64,000 nucleotides of DNA, taken from assembly GCF_001194135.2 (NCBI RefSeq), contig NC_068986.1, forward strand, positions 99,150,283 through 99,214,282. The letters are read 5' to 3'. Below the pieces are notes generated by a model. The model was not told the origin of the DNA and did no database searches. It saw only the letters and a list, made by a program, of their open reading frames with translations. The stretch is from Octopus bimaculoides. Lineage: Eukaryota. Position 1 is the stretch's first letter; every line of letters begins with the position of its first letter. Made by a program: the position numbers and the translations under genes. Below, in pieces: positions 38,101-47,470 of this stretch.

Positions 38101-41100
38101 AGTACACTCTACATCCAGCCATAAAAACCATGCCAAAGCAAACATTGAAGCTCAACAGAGTCAATTTGGCTTGTTAGATCCAGTCAAACCATCCAACCCA
38201 TGCCAGCACGGTAAATGGATACTAAATGATAATGAATTTCACCTTTTGGTATACAGCAGGAAAAAAAAAAAAAAAAAAAAAATTCAGAAAAGGACACCTC
38301 AAAGGTTTCAAAATTGTAACTCATATATATATTGGTGTCTGCATGTTGCAAGAGGCAACTGAAAGGTTATTGATAGGAAGAGCATCAGGCGATCAAATAT
38401 TGCCTCAGAAAACCAATTCAATCGATGCCAGTGTGGTAAAAATAAAGGTAAAAAAAAAAAGAAATGATGATGAGTTTCAAAGTAACTGAAATTAAAACCG
38501 TCCATCAAAATTTCATGTCATTTTGTTCCTAACATCAACTTAATAATGACAAAGCTATTTTTTAAAAAAATTCTTCAATATTTTCAAAATTAAGTGAGAC
38601 AAAAGCAGTGTATATCAACAGAAATGAGTTAATATTTGAATAGTCAATAATAATAATAATAAATCTTTCTACTAAAGGCACAAGGCCTGAAATTTTGGGA
38701 GAGGGGACTAGTTGATTACACTGACCCAGTGTCTCACTGGTACTGAATTTATTGACCCTGAAAGGATGAAAGGCAAAGCCGACATCAGTGGAATTGACTT
38801 TGCTTTTCATCCTTTTGGGGTCAATAATAAGGAAAATAATAATTTAATGTTTACAGTAATTTTGAATACTTGAATAATACACACATGCATATTAATAAAT
38901 GTTAAAAAGTAACACTTACTTTAGTCTGTTTACGATTAAGCCAACACATGCAAGTTATTTCATTCTCCCTCTTCACCTCATGAAGCTCATTTAAGTTTCC
39001 CCATGCCCGGTCTTCGCAGTTTGCACCTGAAAATTAACAAAATGAAAAATCAGCAAATATAAATGACAAAAAGAAAGAAAATGTCCATGTTTGTACAAAA
39101 ACATTTTAGTGAAGCTTGGAAACATTGAAGAAACAAACACATAACGGTGCTTTGACTTGACCAGAAATTCACAAGATTTGAGGTCAACTGTTGTATTTTA
39201 CAAAATAACATGTCAAAAACCTTCACTCAAAAAGTCTTCTAATAAAAACCACAGCTTTCTTTCATCAAAGCCTAGGACAACTTAGGACAAATTCTCTCAA
39301 TACTTGACTATTTTTGCATATAATCTCCAGCAACTTCCTCCATGATGAAAGGGTGGATATTTTCTTGACCATTTATCTAGTCATAGAATATTGGGAGTAT
39401 TTGATAGCCCATCTCCAATTGTCTGAGACTGTTGGTTCTATGATCCTCTTTTAAAGTGATCTAAATTAAAGCCCTCCAACAAAATTTATGTCCCAAATAC
39501 CAGTTAAAACACAACTAAGATTCACTTCAGATGCAGCACAGAATTTTGTCAGTGAACAGGTCACAGTTTCAAAGTAACAAAAATATTTTGACAAATTAAA
39601 TTTAAATGTTGAAGTGAATCTAACAGTTTTTGTGTGTTTTTAAATGGCTAATAAACACCTTCCATGTTGCAATTGTTCTTGTTTCAGCACACAATCTCAG
39701 ATCAAGTCACTTGCTATGTAATTACATCTCTGTAACAACTAAGTTGTTATTAATTAAATGAAACAAAGGTAGTTTATTGCAATAGAAATATGGTAATGAA
39801 AAGCTAAAACAATTTCTATCACAATACAAAAACCAACTGACTACAGTGTCATTGTGATTTAACTAGATGCCTTTTCTATCTTCTGAGTCCTCAGAGTGAG
39901 TAAAAAGCTGCTTTGACCATTTCCCTTCGTTTGAAATGATTTTTTTTTTGTCAACCAGCACCCCAGTACCACCAAGCTAACATATTTAAACACTAGATAT
40001 CTACACCCCGAGTTCAAATACTGTCGACGCCTTATATCCCATTGCTGATAAAATGTAATGTACCATTCAAATACTAGAGATTTTTGTTGGCAATTTTTTA
40101 CTATTACACCCATCTCATGACACAGGTGTAATAGTAAATGCTTACCAGAAAAGGGCATGGAAATAGGGAGCAAAAAATACAGAGTGTAACAACAACCTAA
40201 CTCCTTGCTTTTTCCTTCTTTAAGAGGTAGTGATAGCTATTCCTAAAGTTGGCTGATCAAAATTTACACCTGTCTAAAAAAATTTGGTAAATTTATTGTT
40301 TCACACCAGACTCAATTCCAGTATTAAATTTTTTTCCCGCTTTTTTTTTCTTTTTGGGGTGCAATTATCTTAGTTGACCACGTTAAACTGTCAGAAAGGC
40401 ATTTTCTTGCAGAAAACGGAGGTGGTGGGATGGAACCTGGGAAATTCATCCTTCTGATCCCATCTCCTGGGGGTTTTTTTTTTCGTTGCAATTGTCTTAA
40501 CTAACCTCATAAAGTGTGGGAAATGCATTTTGACCGTGGAAAACAGTGGGGGTGGGGCGGAACCTAGGGCAGTCCTGTATATCTTCTGTCTACGGATTTA
40601 TGCTGGAATCGATCTTTTACTGGCGATCTGGGAGGGGTGTATATAATTTTGCTGCCTCAATAAAAAAATTGGTGCAACAGAGATAAATACCTGCCCAGGT
40701 ACTGCTGTAGTTTGAACGAATACCCGGCCTTTTCACCCATTCTTTTAAATCTCGCCAGAAACGTTCGAGGTTTTGTGTGTGTGTGTGGTGTCAACAAAAT
40801 TGGTACTACTAAAGCAGCGCGGACCCGAACGCGCAAGCTAGTCGTGAGTGGTCGATCCTAACCCTAACCCTAAACACGTATTCATTTGCACACGCGGGTT
40901 AGGGACAGGGTTAGGGTTAGGATCGACCACTCAAGACTAGCTAGCGCGGACGCGCGACTGCGCGTTCGGGTCCGCGCTGCTTTAGTAGTACCACAAAATT
41001 TGTGGTTTCCCAATGTTTATCTTTGTAAGCCGCCCAAGAATCACTGTAGATAACTGAGCCAAGTTTGATGTATTTTTGAATTAGTGGAAGCAATGTCGCT

Positions 41101-41803
41101 TTGTCACGCTTCTGACTAGAGGAACAAGACGATGTTTGCTAATCCGCGCAATTCACAATTTGTAAAATCTAGAAATAAATTTTTATAGAACAAGAATGGT
41201 ACAAAACGTGGTGTAATCTCGAACACGCGGTCCGAAAGGTTTTAGAGATATCCAACGTGTTTTGATATTTACGAGTTTTAGAACTTAGTAATCTTCACTT
41301 AATTAAGGAGTGCAATGTTCATAGAATCAAAGAACATTACAAGATGCCATTCCCTCTATTCATTTACCCCTCTAAAAAAAAAAAAACGCAATAAGTGAAT
41401 ACGTTGATAATTAACAATTAATGAAACCAATTCAAGAATTTAAATGAAAGTGGAAAAATAAAGGGACAAGAGTTTAGTTGAGAGTTTTATATTACTTTAT
41501 GAATTAAAATAAAACTACACGAGTTGTAAGAATATACTCATTGCCAGAGAGTTAATAAATAACGACGGGTATTTTATGAATTAAAAAACTACGAGTTGTA
41601 ATAAAATATTTATTGTCAGGATGTTGACAAATAACACTTCTTTCATATCAATTATTAAATTAAGAACGAAGTAAGCTACAAAGGTATTATTAAATAAATT
41701 CGGATGGGAACACCAAACTGTAGTTATATCATAAATAAAACTGCTTACCCTTTAATAAACCAATCTCTGCCCCAACAAACACGCTGTAGACGGGTTCAGC
41801 CAT
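27299..41803 (-). CDS. WDR74: WD repeat-containing protein 74 (Nsa1 homologue, 60S biogenesis factor), 10 coding exons, 384 aa
   Basis: Exons 41749-41803, 38920-39026, 37031-37152, 35946-36009, 35664-35807, 33508-33609, 32330-32430, 30384-30439, 28405-28547, 27299-27559. All introns are GT-AG, phases are consistent, and the total is 1155 nt. Motifs recognised from human WDR74: VFVGAEIGLLKG, ASGGKENPLKLWD, DWLRLRVP, IRLYDP..RKPV, GGIRGIQCHP..ATCGLDR, YLKSRLNCLL, basic C-terminal tail. Confidence 0.96.
27672..28245 (-). mobile_element. Three tandem family B SINE copies separated by (AAT)n, WDR74 intron 9
   Basis: Repeated AAAGGATGAAAGGCAAAGTC/GAATTTGAAC cores, same orientation. Confidence 0.85.
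28405..28547 (-). CDS. WDR74: WDR74 exon 9 (KITGKFKGFSGGIRGIQCHPTLPYVATCGLDRHLRVHHLVSREMLYS)
   Basis: ttccag acceptor, GTGAGT donor, phase 1 to 0; within ORF 28345-28581. Confidence 0.96.
28650..29102 (+). mobile_element. RTE 3' end (family D) with internal sub-repeats, WDR74 intron 8
   Basis: Repeated GATCGTTGCCAGTGCCCCTGGACTGGC blocks, (GAT)n tail. Confidence 0.85.
30384..30439 (-). CDS. WDR74: WDR74 exon 8 (QIIVGSSKGDMVSMDIRK)
   Basis: ttccag acceptor, GTAAAA donor, phase 2 to 1. Confidence 0.92.
30875..31264 (+). mobile_element. tRNA-derived SINE, family C, full length
   Basis: Head GAGTGGCTGTGTGGTAAG..GGTTCAGTCCC, internal (TA/TG)n, conserved 3' body. Confidence 0.9.
31891..32260 (-). 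mobile_element. SINE family A, full length
   Basis: Highly similar to 458-842. Confidence 0.9.
32330..32430 (-). CDS. WDR74: WDR74 exon 7 (IRLYDPSAHKRKPVLDVQCGDSPITALAVNPSG)
   Basis: tcatag acceptor, GTAAGT donor, phase 0 to 2. Confidence 0.93.
33508..33609 (-). CDS. WDR74: WDR74 exon 6 (VSEDWLRLRVPIMISTINFIPQSSKIVTGTELCQ)
   Basis: ctaaag acceptor, GTATGT donor, conserved DWL.LRVP. Confidence 0.93.
33690..34250 (+). mobile_element. RTE LINE ORF2 C-terminal fragment
   Basis: KGKIYRSSVRAAILYGSET..MVREMCGV..WYGHVLRK. Confidence 0.85.
34775..34937 (-). mobile_element. Family D RTE tail, near-identical inverted partner of 28933-29079
   Basis: 147 nt with one mismatch by manual comparison. Confidence 0.9.
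34945..35625 (-). mobile_element. Three tandem family B SINE copies separated by (AAT)n, WDR74 intron 5
   Basis: Heads end near 35160, 35404 and 35620. Confidence 0.88.
35664..35807 (-). CDS. WDR74: WDR74 exon 5 (LKISGGIDLNCVQQDPVQTHLIASGGKENPLKLWDINSPTSPIFVSKN)
   Basis: aaacag acceptor, GTAAGT donor, conserved GGKEN.LK.WD. Confidence 0.95.
35946..36009 (-). CDS. WDR74: WDR74 exon 4 (KIITAVSSGDINLWTKKGKNL)
   Basis: ttgtag acceptor, GTGAGT donor, phase 2 to 0. Confidence 0.9.
36287..36499. mobile_element. piggyBac-type MITE
   Basis: TTAA at 36283-36286 and 36500-36503; TIR CCCTTTAGCATT. Confidence 0.9.
37031..37152 (-). CDS. WDR74: WDR74 exon 3 (FYYGQESRIVTTFDVEAGKITRQVKMNIGEGRFKSIYPYQ)
   Basis: cctag acceptor, GTAAGT donor, phase 0 to 2. 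Confidence 0.9.
37560..38020 (-). mobile_element. RTE LINE ORF2 C-terminal fragment
   Basis: Same region as 33690-34250, degraded. Confidence 0.65.
38920..39026 (-). CDS. WDR74: WDR74 exon 2 (ANCEDRAWGNLNELHEVKRENEITCMCWLNRKQTK)
   Basis: tttcag acceptor, GTAAGT donor, phase 1 to 0. Confidence 0.9.
40802..40992. mobile_element. Foldback MITE, 34-bp perfect TIR plus inner inverted repeat, 8-bp TSD ACAAAATT, telomere-like core (Merlin-type by inference)
   Basis: TSD at 40794-40801 and 40993-41000; TIR GGTACTACTAAAGCAGCGCGGACCCGAACGCGCA. Confidence 0.93.
41749..41803 (-). CDS. WDR74: WDR74 exon 1 (MAEPVYSVFVGAEIGLLK-G)
   Basis: ATG at 41803, donor GTAAGC, phase 1. Confidence 0.92.
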
Positions 41804-41969
41804 TTTCGATCTTAATTGAAAAATTAGTAGTTATCTCCCTTGAATACATATGCGTGTGTTATTTAACCCCAGGTCAATTCTGATCGAACCAATTCATTGT
41901 GAGATGCGCTAAAACCGTGGTCATACCTGTATAATTTAATTTAAATTTAAGTTTTTAAGGCCAATCTAG

Positions 41970-42853
41970 ATCTACATTATCTAATATAGTCCGATGGAAC
42001 ATAAAAACAACCGATGAATGTGGATGCGGAGAGAAAGCGACGGTGAGACATGTCCTGTCAAGCTGCAGATTAGCACTAGAAAGGTATACACGGTGCTATA
42101 ATCAAGTCCTCGGCGTCATAAGCGCAGCACTCAAGGAGAAGATCGAGGGATACAATAGGGGAGAGTACCCCAAAGTGGAAAAACGCAGGAAAATATACTT
42201 CCAGAAGGAGGGAAATGACATAAGATCAGGCCTCCAAATAAAATATACGAGATAGACGAAAGATGGAAGGGATACTGGGAGCTGGCCACGGATTTGGGAA
42301 GTCTAGTTTTTTTTTCCACTTATAAAAACGACCAAAAGACCAGACTAAATCATATGGGACACAGAACGGAGAATAGGAATTTTGCTAGAACTGACAGTAC
42401 CATGGGAAGAGAACATCGACAATGCAGAGAAACGGAAGAAGANNNNNNNNNNNNNNNNNNNNNNNNNNNNNNNNNNNNNNNNNNNNNNATAACATGCCGG
42501 CAAAAAAATAACATCATTACGTGAGACAGGCTGACACAGAAGTGGCTTCGCTGATTGACAGGTGACGGTCTCGGTTAGAGCATGCTTGGGCTAAGATTAC
42601 GCACCCTCCATTATCAGTTAAAGTTTAGACAGTGTCACGTGACAACTTGCTGGAGCCTAGCAGCCGGTATAAAAAGGGGAATTTGACAAGATAGTCAGTC
42701 GGACGCTGACACTCGTTGATGCAGCATCGAAGAGGCCTCCGAAAGGTGGGGGCCCCACCACGTCAAAACGGTAGAGGAGTAGGGGCCGAAACCGGACGTG
42801 GTTCCTCCTGATGATGTCTTGAGCTAACTGGATCCTATAAAGGAGCCGTTGTG
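41970..42853 (+). mobile_element. 3' part of an RLE-type non-LTR retrotransposon (HERO clade-like) plus probable 3' UTR
   Basis: CGCGEKATVRHVLSSC (CCHC knuckle), RYTRCYNQVL, WELATDLG, KRPD..IWDT, LELTVPWEEN..AEKRK; frameshifted; 46-N gap at 42443-42488. Confidence 0.8.
42758..42820 (+). ncRNA. Candidate hammerhead ribozyme with non-canonical strand order
   Basis: GUA triplet, GAAA and CUGAUGA all present with stems I, II and III pairable (see findings). Confidence 0.45.
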
Positions 42854-44370
42854 NNNNNNNNNNNNNNNNNNNNNNNNNNNNNNNNNNNNNNNNNNNNNNN
42901 NNNNNNNNNNNNNNNNNNNNNNNNNNNNNNNNNNNNNNNNNNNNNNNNNNNNNNNNNNNNNNNNNNNNNNNNNNNNNNNNNNNNNNNNNNNNNNNNNNNN
43001 NNNNNNNNNNNNNNNNNNNNNNNNNNNNNNNNNNNNNNNNNNNNNNNNNNNNNNNNNNNNNNNNNNNNNNNNNNNNNNNNNNNNNNNNNNNNNNNNNNNN
43101 NNNNNNNNNNNNNNNNNNNNNNNNNNNNNNNNNNNNNNNNNNNNNNNNNNNNNNNNNNNNNNNNNNNNNNNNNNNNNNNNNNNNNNNNNNNNNNNNNNNN
43201 NNNNNNNNNNNNNNNNNNNNNNNNNNNNNNNNNNNNNNNNNNNNNNNNNNNNNNNNNNNNNNNNNNNNNNNNNNNNNNNNNNNNNNNNNNNNNNNNNNNN
43301 NNNNNNNNNNNNNNNNNNNNNNNNNNNNNNNNNNNNNNNNNNNNNNNNNNNNNNNNNNNNNNNNNNNNNNNNNNNNNNNNNNNNNNNNNNNNNNNNNNNN
43401 NNNNNNNNNNNNNNNNNNNNNNNNNNNNNNNNNNNNNNNNNNNNNNNNNNNNNNNNNNNNNNNNNNNNNNNNNNNNNNNNNNNNNNNNNNNNNNNNNNNN
43501 NNNNNNNNNNNNNNNNNNNNNNNNNNNNNNNNNNNNNNNNNNNNNNNNNNNNNNNNNNNNNNNNNNNNNNNNNNNNNNNNNNNNNNNNNNNNNNNNNNNN
43601 NNNNNNNNNNNNNNNNNNNNNNNNNNNNNNNNNNNNNNNNNNNNNNNNNNNNNNNNNNNNNNNNNNNNNNNNNNNNNNNNNNNNNNNNNNNNGTTCCGTT
43701 GATCGGATCAACTGGAACCCTCGACGTCGTAAGCGATGGAGTGCCAACAAACAAGATAGGCTATTTTAATGCTGTTTTACTGGGCCATCGTCATTTGGTT
43801 AAGAAGTTTATTCCGTTACAACCTGATTTCAGGTTCGATTCCAGTGCGTGGCACCTTGGGCAAAATATCTTTTACTATAGTTTCAGGTTAGTCAAAGTTC
43901 GGGAAACGTTGAAGCGCTCTCTTGTTATTTAGTTGTGAACAATTCCAGTTTAGTATAATCACCTGGCTCTCGGGCATTTTGTGCAGATTCCTCTCTAATG
44001 CAAACCTGGTCAGGTTTCCTGTATGTAGTAGGATAACTTTCTTCTTCCAACCAGTCTCTAACGTCTTATAAAAGTTCTTGGGTGTTGCGTTTTCTACTCT
44101 GGCTAAATCATTAAACAAACACTCTCCCACCAAAATCGCTCAAAATGTTATATTGTCTTTATTTAATGTATCCAAGACTAAATTATTCAAGACTATTTGT
44201 AAAATCGATCGACTCCATGTTGGGTACATGCCTCTTCTTGTGTCTCCATAATTACCCCGACATCGTGGAGTTTGTCAGCTTCTTCATCTACCTGAGCTCC
44301 ACAGTTCTATTCATATGCTAGAAATAACAGCCAAACCTCACAAAACTGCGATAACATAATGAAAGAAATG

Positions 44371-44920
44371 TGTAATAAATCTACTCGCCTTTCTGCAAAG
44401 ATTTTTTTTAGAGTAATTTCCCACCAGAAGCTGATATAATTGAAAATGTGTTGCCCGGTACTATAATACATACAGACAAATGGGCTAGCTATAGGAACTT
44501 ACAACGGCTGGGTTACATTCACAGAACGGTTAACCATTCAAAGAATTTCGTCGACCCTAAAACTGGCGCTTGCACGAACCACATTGAGGCCTATTGGTCC
44601 CGTATCAAAAGACTGCTAAAATATGTGACTGTATCATCGGGCGACATGAAATGGTCCGGCGTCGATGAATCGATGTATAGAGAAATGTATGGATTTACTG
44701 CGAAGAAAAACTTCCAGAATTTCTATACATTTCTCGAATACATTGCGGAAGTTTATCCCCACTAAATTCCACCGAACACACTTCTCAACAAAACTCATAT
44801 TTTTTTGCAACTTTCAAAAAGAAAAAAACAAAACACACACACACTTTAATCTCACTTTGTCATATTACTACGGGAAATTACTCTGAATGAAATCTTTGCA
44901 GAAGGTGAATAGATTGATTA
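44371..44920 (+). mobile_element. Internally deleted Merlin (IS1595/ISXO2-like DDE) transposon with about 50-bp TIRs
   Basis: ORF 44448-44765 LPGTIIHTDKWASYRNL..GYIHRTVNHSKNFVDPKTGACTNHIEAYWSRIKR; TIRs 44372-44422 and 44872-44920. Confidence 0.92.
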
Positions 44921-45485
44921 NNNNNNNNNNNNNNNNNNNNNNNNNNNNNNNNNNNNNNNNNNNNNNNNNNNNNNNNNNNNNNNNNNNNNNNNNNNNNNNN
45001 NNNNNNNNNNNNNNNNNNNNNNNNNNNNNNNNNNNNNNNNNNNNNNNNNNNNNNNNNNNNNNNNNNNNNNNNNNNNNNNNNNNNNNNNNNNNNNNNNNNN
45101 NNNNNNNNNNNNNNNNNNNNNNNNNNNNNNNNNNNNNNNNNNNNNNNNNNNNNNNNNNNNNNNNNNNNNNNNNNNNNNNNNNNNNNNNNNNNNNNNNNNN
45201 NNNNNNNNNNNNNNNNNNNNNNNNNNNNNNNNNNNNNNNNNNNNNNNNNNNNNNNNNNNNNNNNNNNNNNNNNNNNNNNNNNNNNNNNNNNNNNNNNNNN
45301 GATTCCGTAAAAAAAAAAAAATTTAAGGGTGAAGGGTTCCGTTTACATATCCTCCACCTGGACCAAAGAAGCACAAGAAATAACTTTGTGCTTCATTATG
45401 CAGAAAACTCGCATTAGAAACAATATTTTTCTCAGTTTTACCGCATAAAATTCCAAAATTTTGAAATGTGAGGACAGTCCTGAGT

Positions 45486-45846
45486 GGAAGCGCAATGGCT
45501 CAGTGGTTAGGGCAGCGGACTTGCGGTCGTAGGATCGCAGTTTCGATTCACAGATCGGGCGTTGTGAGTGCTTATTGAGCGAAAACACCTAAAGCTCTAC
45601 GAGGCTCCGGCAGGGAGCGGTGGCGAACCCTGCTGTACTCTTTCTCATTCTTTCTTCCTGTTTCTGTTGTACCTGTATATCAAAGGGTCAGCCTTGTCAC
45701 AGTGTCACGCTGAATATCCCCGATAACTACGTTAAGGGTACACGTGTCTGTGGAGTGCACTTGCGCGTTAATTTCACGAGCAGGCTGTTCCGTTGATCAG
45801 ATCAACTGGAACCCTCATCGTTGTAACCGACGGAGTGCTACAACAA
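45486..45846 (+). mobile_element. SINE family A
   Basis: Full head to (CAA) tail. Confidence 0.9.
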
Positions 45847-46529
45847 GGCCTGAAATTTTGGGGGAGAGGTAGTTAATTGTATCAACCCAGTGCTCCACTG
45901 GCACTTATTATCTCGGCCCTGAAAGGGATGAAAGGCTAAGTCTTGTTGTTGTTGGCTATGTTCTTTGTCTTTTCAGTTTTCAATGTAGAGAACTCTCAAG
46001 CACTTCTTGCTGCGGTATGTATAACAGTTGAGGTTTCTGCTACATTCACTGCCACATCGCTCTTGTCTCTGTGTTTGTGACAAGGAAGAGCTCTGAAATG
46101 GTCCAGTGATCTTGAATGATCATAAAAATTGCAAGTCTATGCTTCTCACCAATAATATGTCATTCATTGCCAACTTCACACTTACCACAGCCCCCACTGC
46201 GTTACGAGTGGGTGTCAATGAAGAGAGCAGCTTTTTAACGTTTCAGATTACGTTTTTTTTTTGTTTTTACGAAGAAATAAAAAGGCTGTTTAAAGCCGGC
46301 CATGCGGTCAAAGGAGCTTTACAAACACATTACTTCACTCTATGATCTATTGAAATATATATTAAATAGGAAATTGTATTGGAAATTCTATTTAAACAAA
46401 TCATTATACTAGAATTAATAATGTTTCTGAAATTTAGATTATAGATTTATGCAAAACAAATTTGTTAGAATTACCTCCTCTACAAGTTTCTACTTGGTCG
46501 TTTGATTTGTATTATAGTCTTTTAAAAAA

Positions 46530-47470
46530 ATAATAGATTATGGGCATACCTACACGAATAGACCTCCCTCTATTTTGTCTTTTCATAACTCTTCGAAAAA
46601 CGGATATTTTATAATTAAATTTTCTACAAATACGCTTCAGGTGCTGTAAATTCTGATTATATCGGAATTTGAGGTGGAAGGTTTTTCGGGAGTGGGGAGA
46701 GGAGTTTCAGAAAATTCACAAAAGTCGGTTTTGTTTCCTCATAACTTTCAGAAAAAATTGTATTTTTTAATGAAACTTTCTACAAATACTTTTCAGAATG
46801 TGTAAATTCAAATTATATCGGAGACTGATGTGAAAAGAAAAACGGTGAGCACGTACAGATAAATACTGGCATACATCACAATTGTTTTCAAAATTTTACG
46901 TTTCATTTAGTGGAGATATATGTGTGTCAATATGTATGTGTGCGAGTTTTTTTTTTCTTTCCATATTAAATTCCGATATAGTCGTAGTCTGTAGATTCTG
47001 AGAAGTGGAGGCGCAATGGCCCAGTGGTTAGGGCAGCGGAAGGATCGCGGTTTCGATTCCCAGACCGGGCGTTGTGAGTGTTAATAGAGCGAAAACACCT
47101 AAAGCTTCACGAGGCTCCACCACAACTTTTTCTGTTGTGCTTGTAATTCAAAGGGTCAGCCATGTCACGCTGAATATTCTTAAGAACTACGTTAAGGGTA
47201 CACGTGTCTGTGGAGTGCTCAGCCACTTGCACGTTGCAGGCTGTTCCGTTTATCGGATCAATTGGAACCCTCGACGTCGTAAGCGACGGAGTGTCAACAA
47301 CAAGACTCTGAAAAGTACTTGTAGAAAATTTCATCAAAAGATACCCATTTATCTGTAAGTTACAAGGAACCAATGCCTATTCATGTGAATTTTCCGAAAC
47401 TCTTCTCCCCACCCATCGAAATACTTTTTCACAACAAATTCCGGATCTATTTTAAAACGGGGGCGCCTCC
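46530..47470. mobile_element. Unclassified foldback/sub-repeat DNA element interrupted by a SINE
   Basis: About 156-bp direct units at 46584 and 46740, inverted copy at 47305-47420, related piece at 54120-54170. Confidence 0.6.
47007..47303 (+). mobile_element. SINE family A, internally deleted, with degenerate 13-bp TSD
   Basis: GATTCTGAGAAGT at 46994-47006 vs GACTCTGAAAAGT at 47304-47316. Confidence 0.88.

Noticed and set aside
42587-42622. GGCTAAGAT...TTATCAGTT resembles two segments of U2 snRNA (human WDR74 neighbours a U2 gene, and Utopia elements target U2)
   Set aside because: The spacing is 13 nt rather than 18, the branch-point recognition sequence is absent, and there is no Sm site or other U2 stems. 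Treated as chance.
42781-42835. Possible HDV-like ribozyme (GCTAA before a short helix)
   Set aside because: No P1/P3/L3 arrangement could be assembled; the hammerhead reading explains more nucleotides.
458-47303. tRNA-like heads of SINE families A, B, C and E
   Set aside because: They have A/B boxes but no closed acceptor stem and continue into SINE bodies, so they are not tRNA genes.
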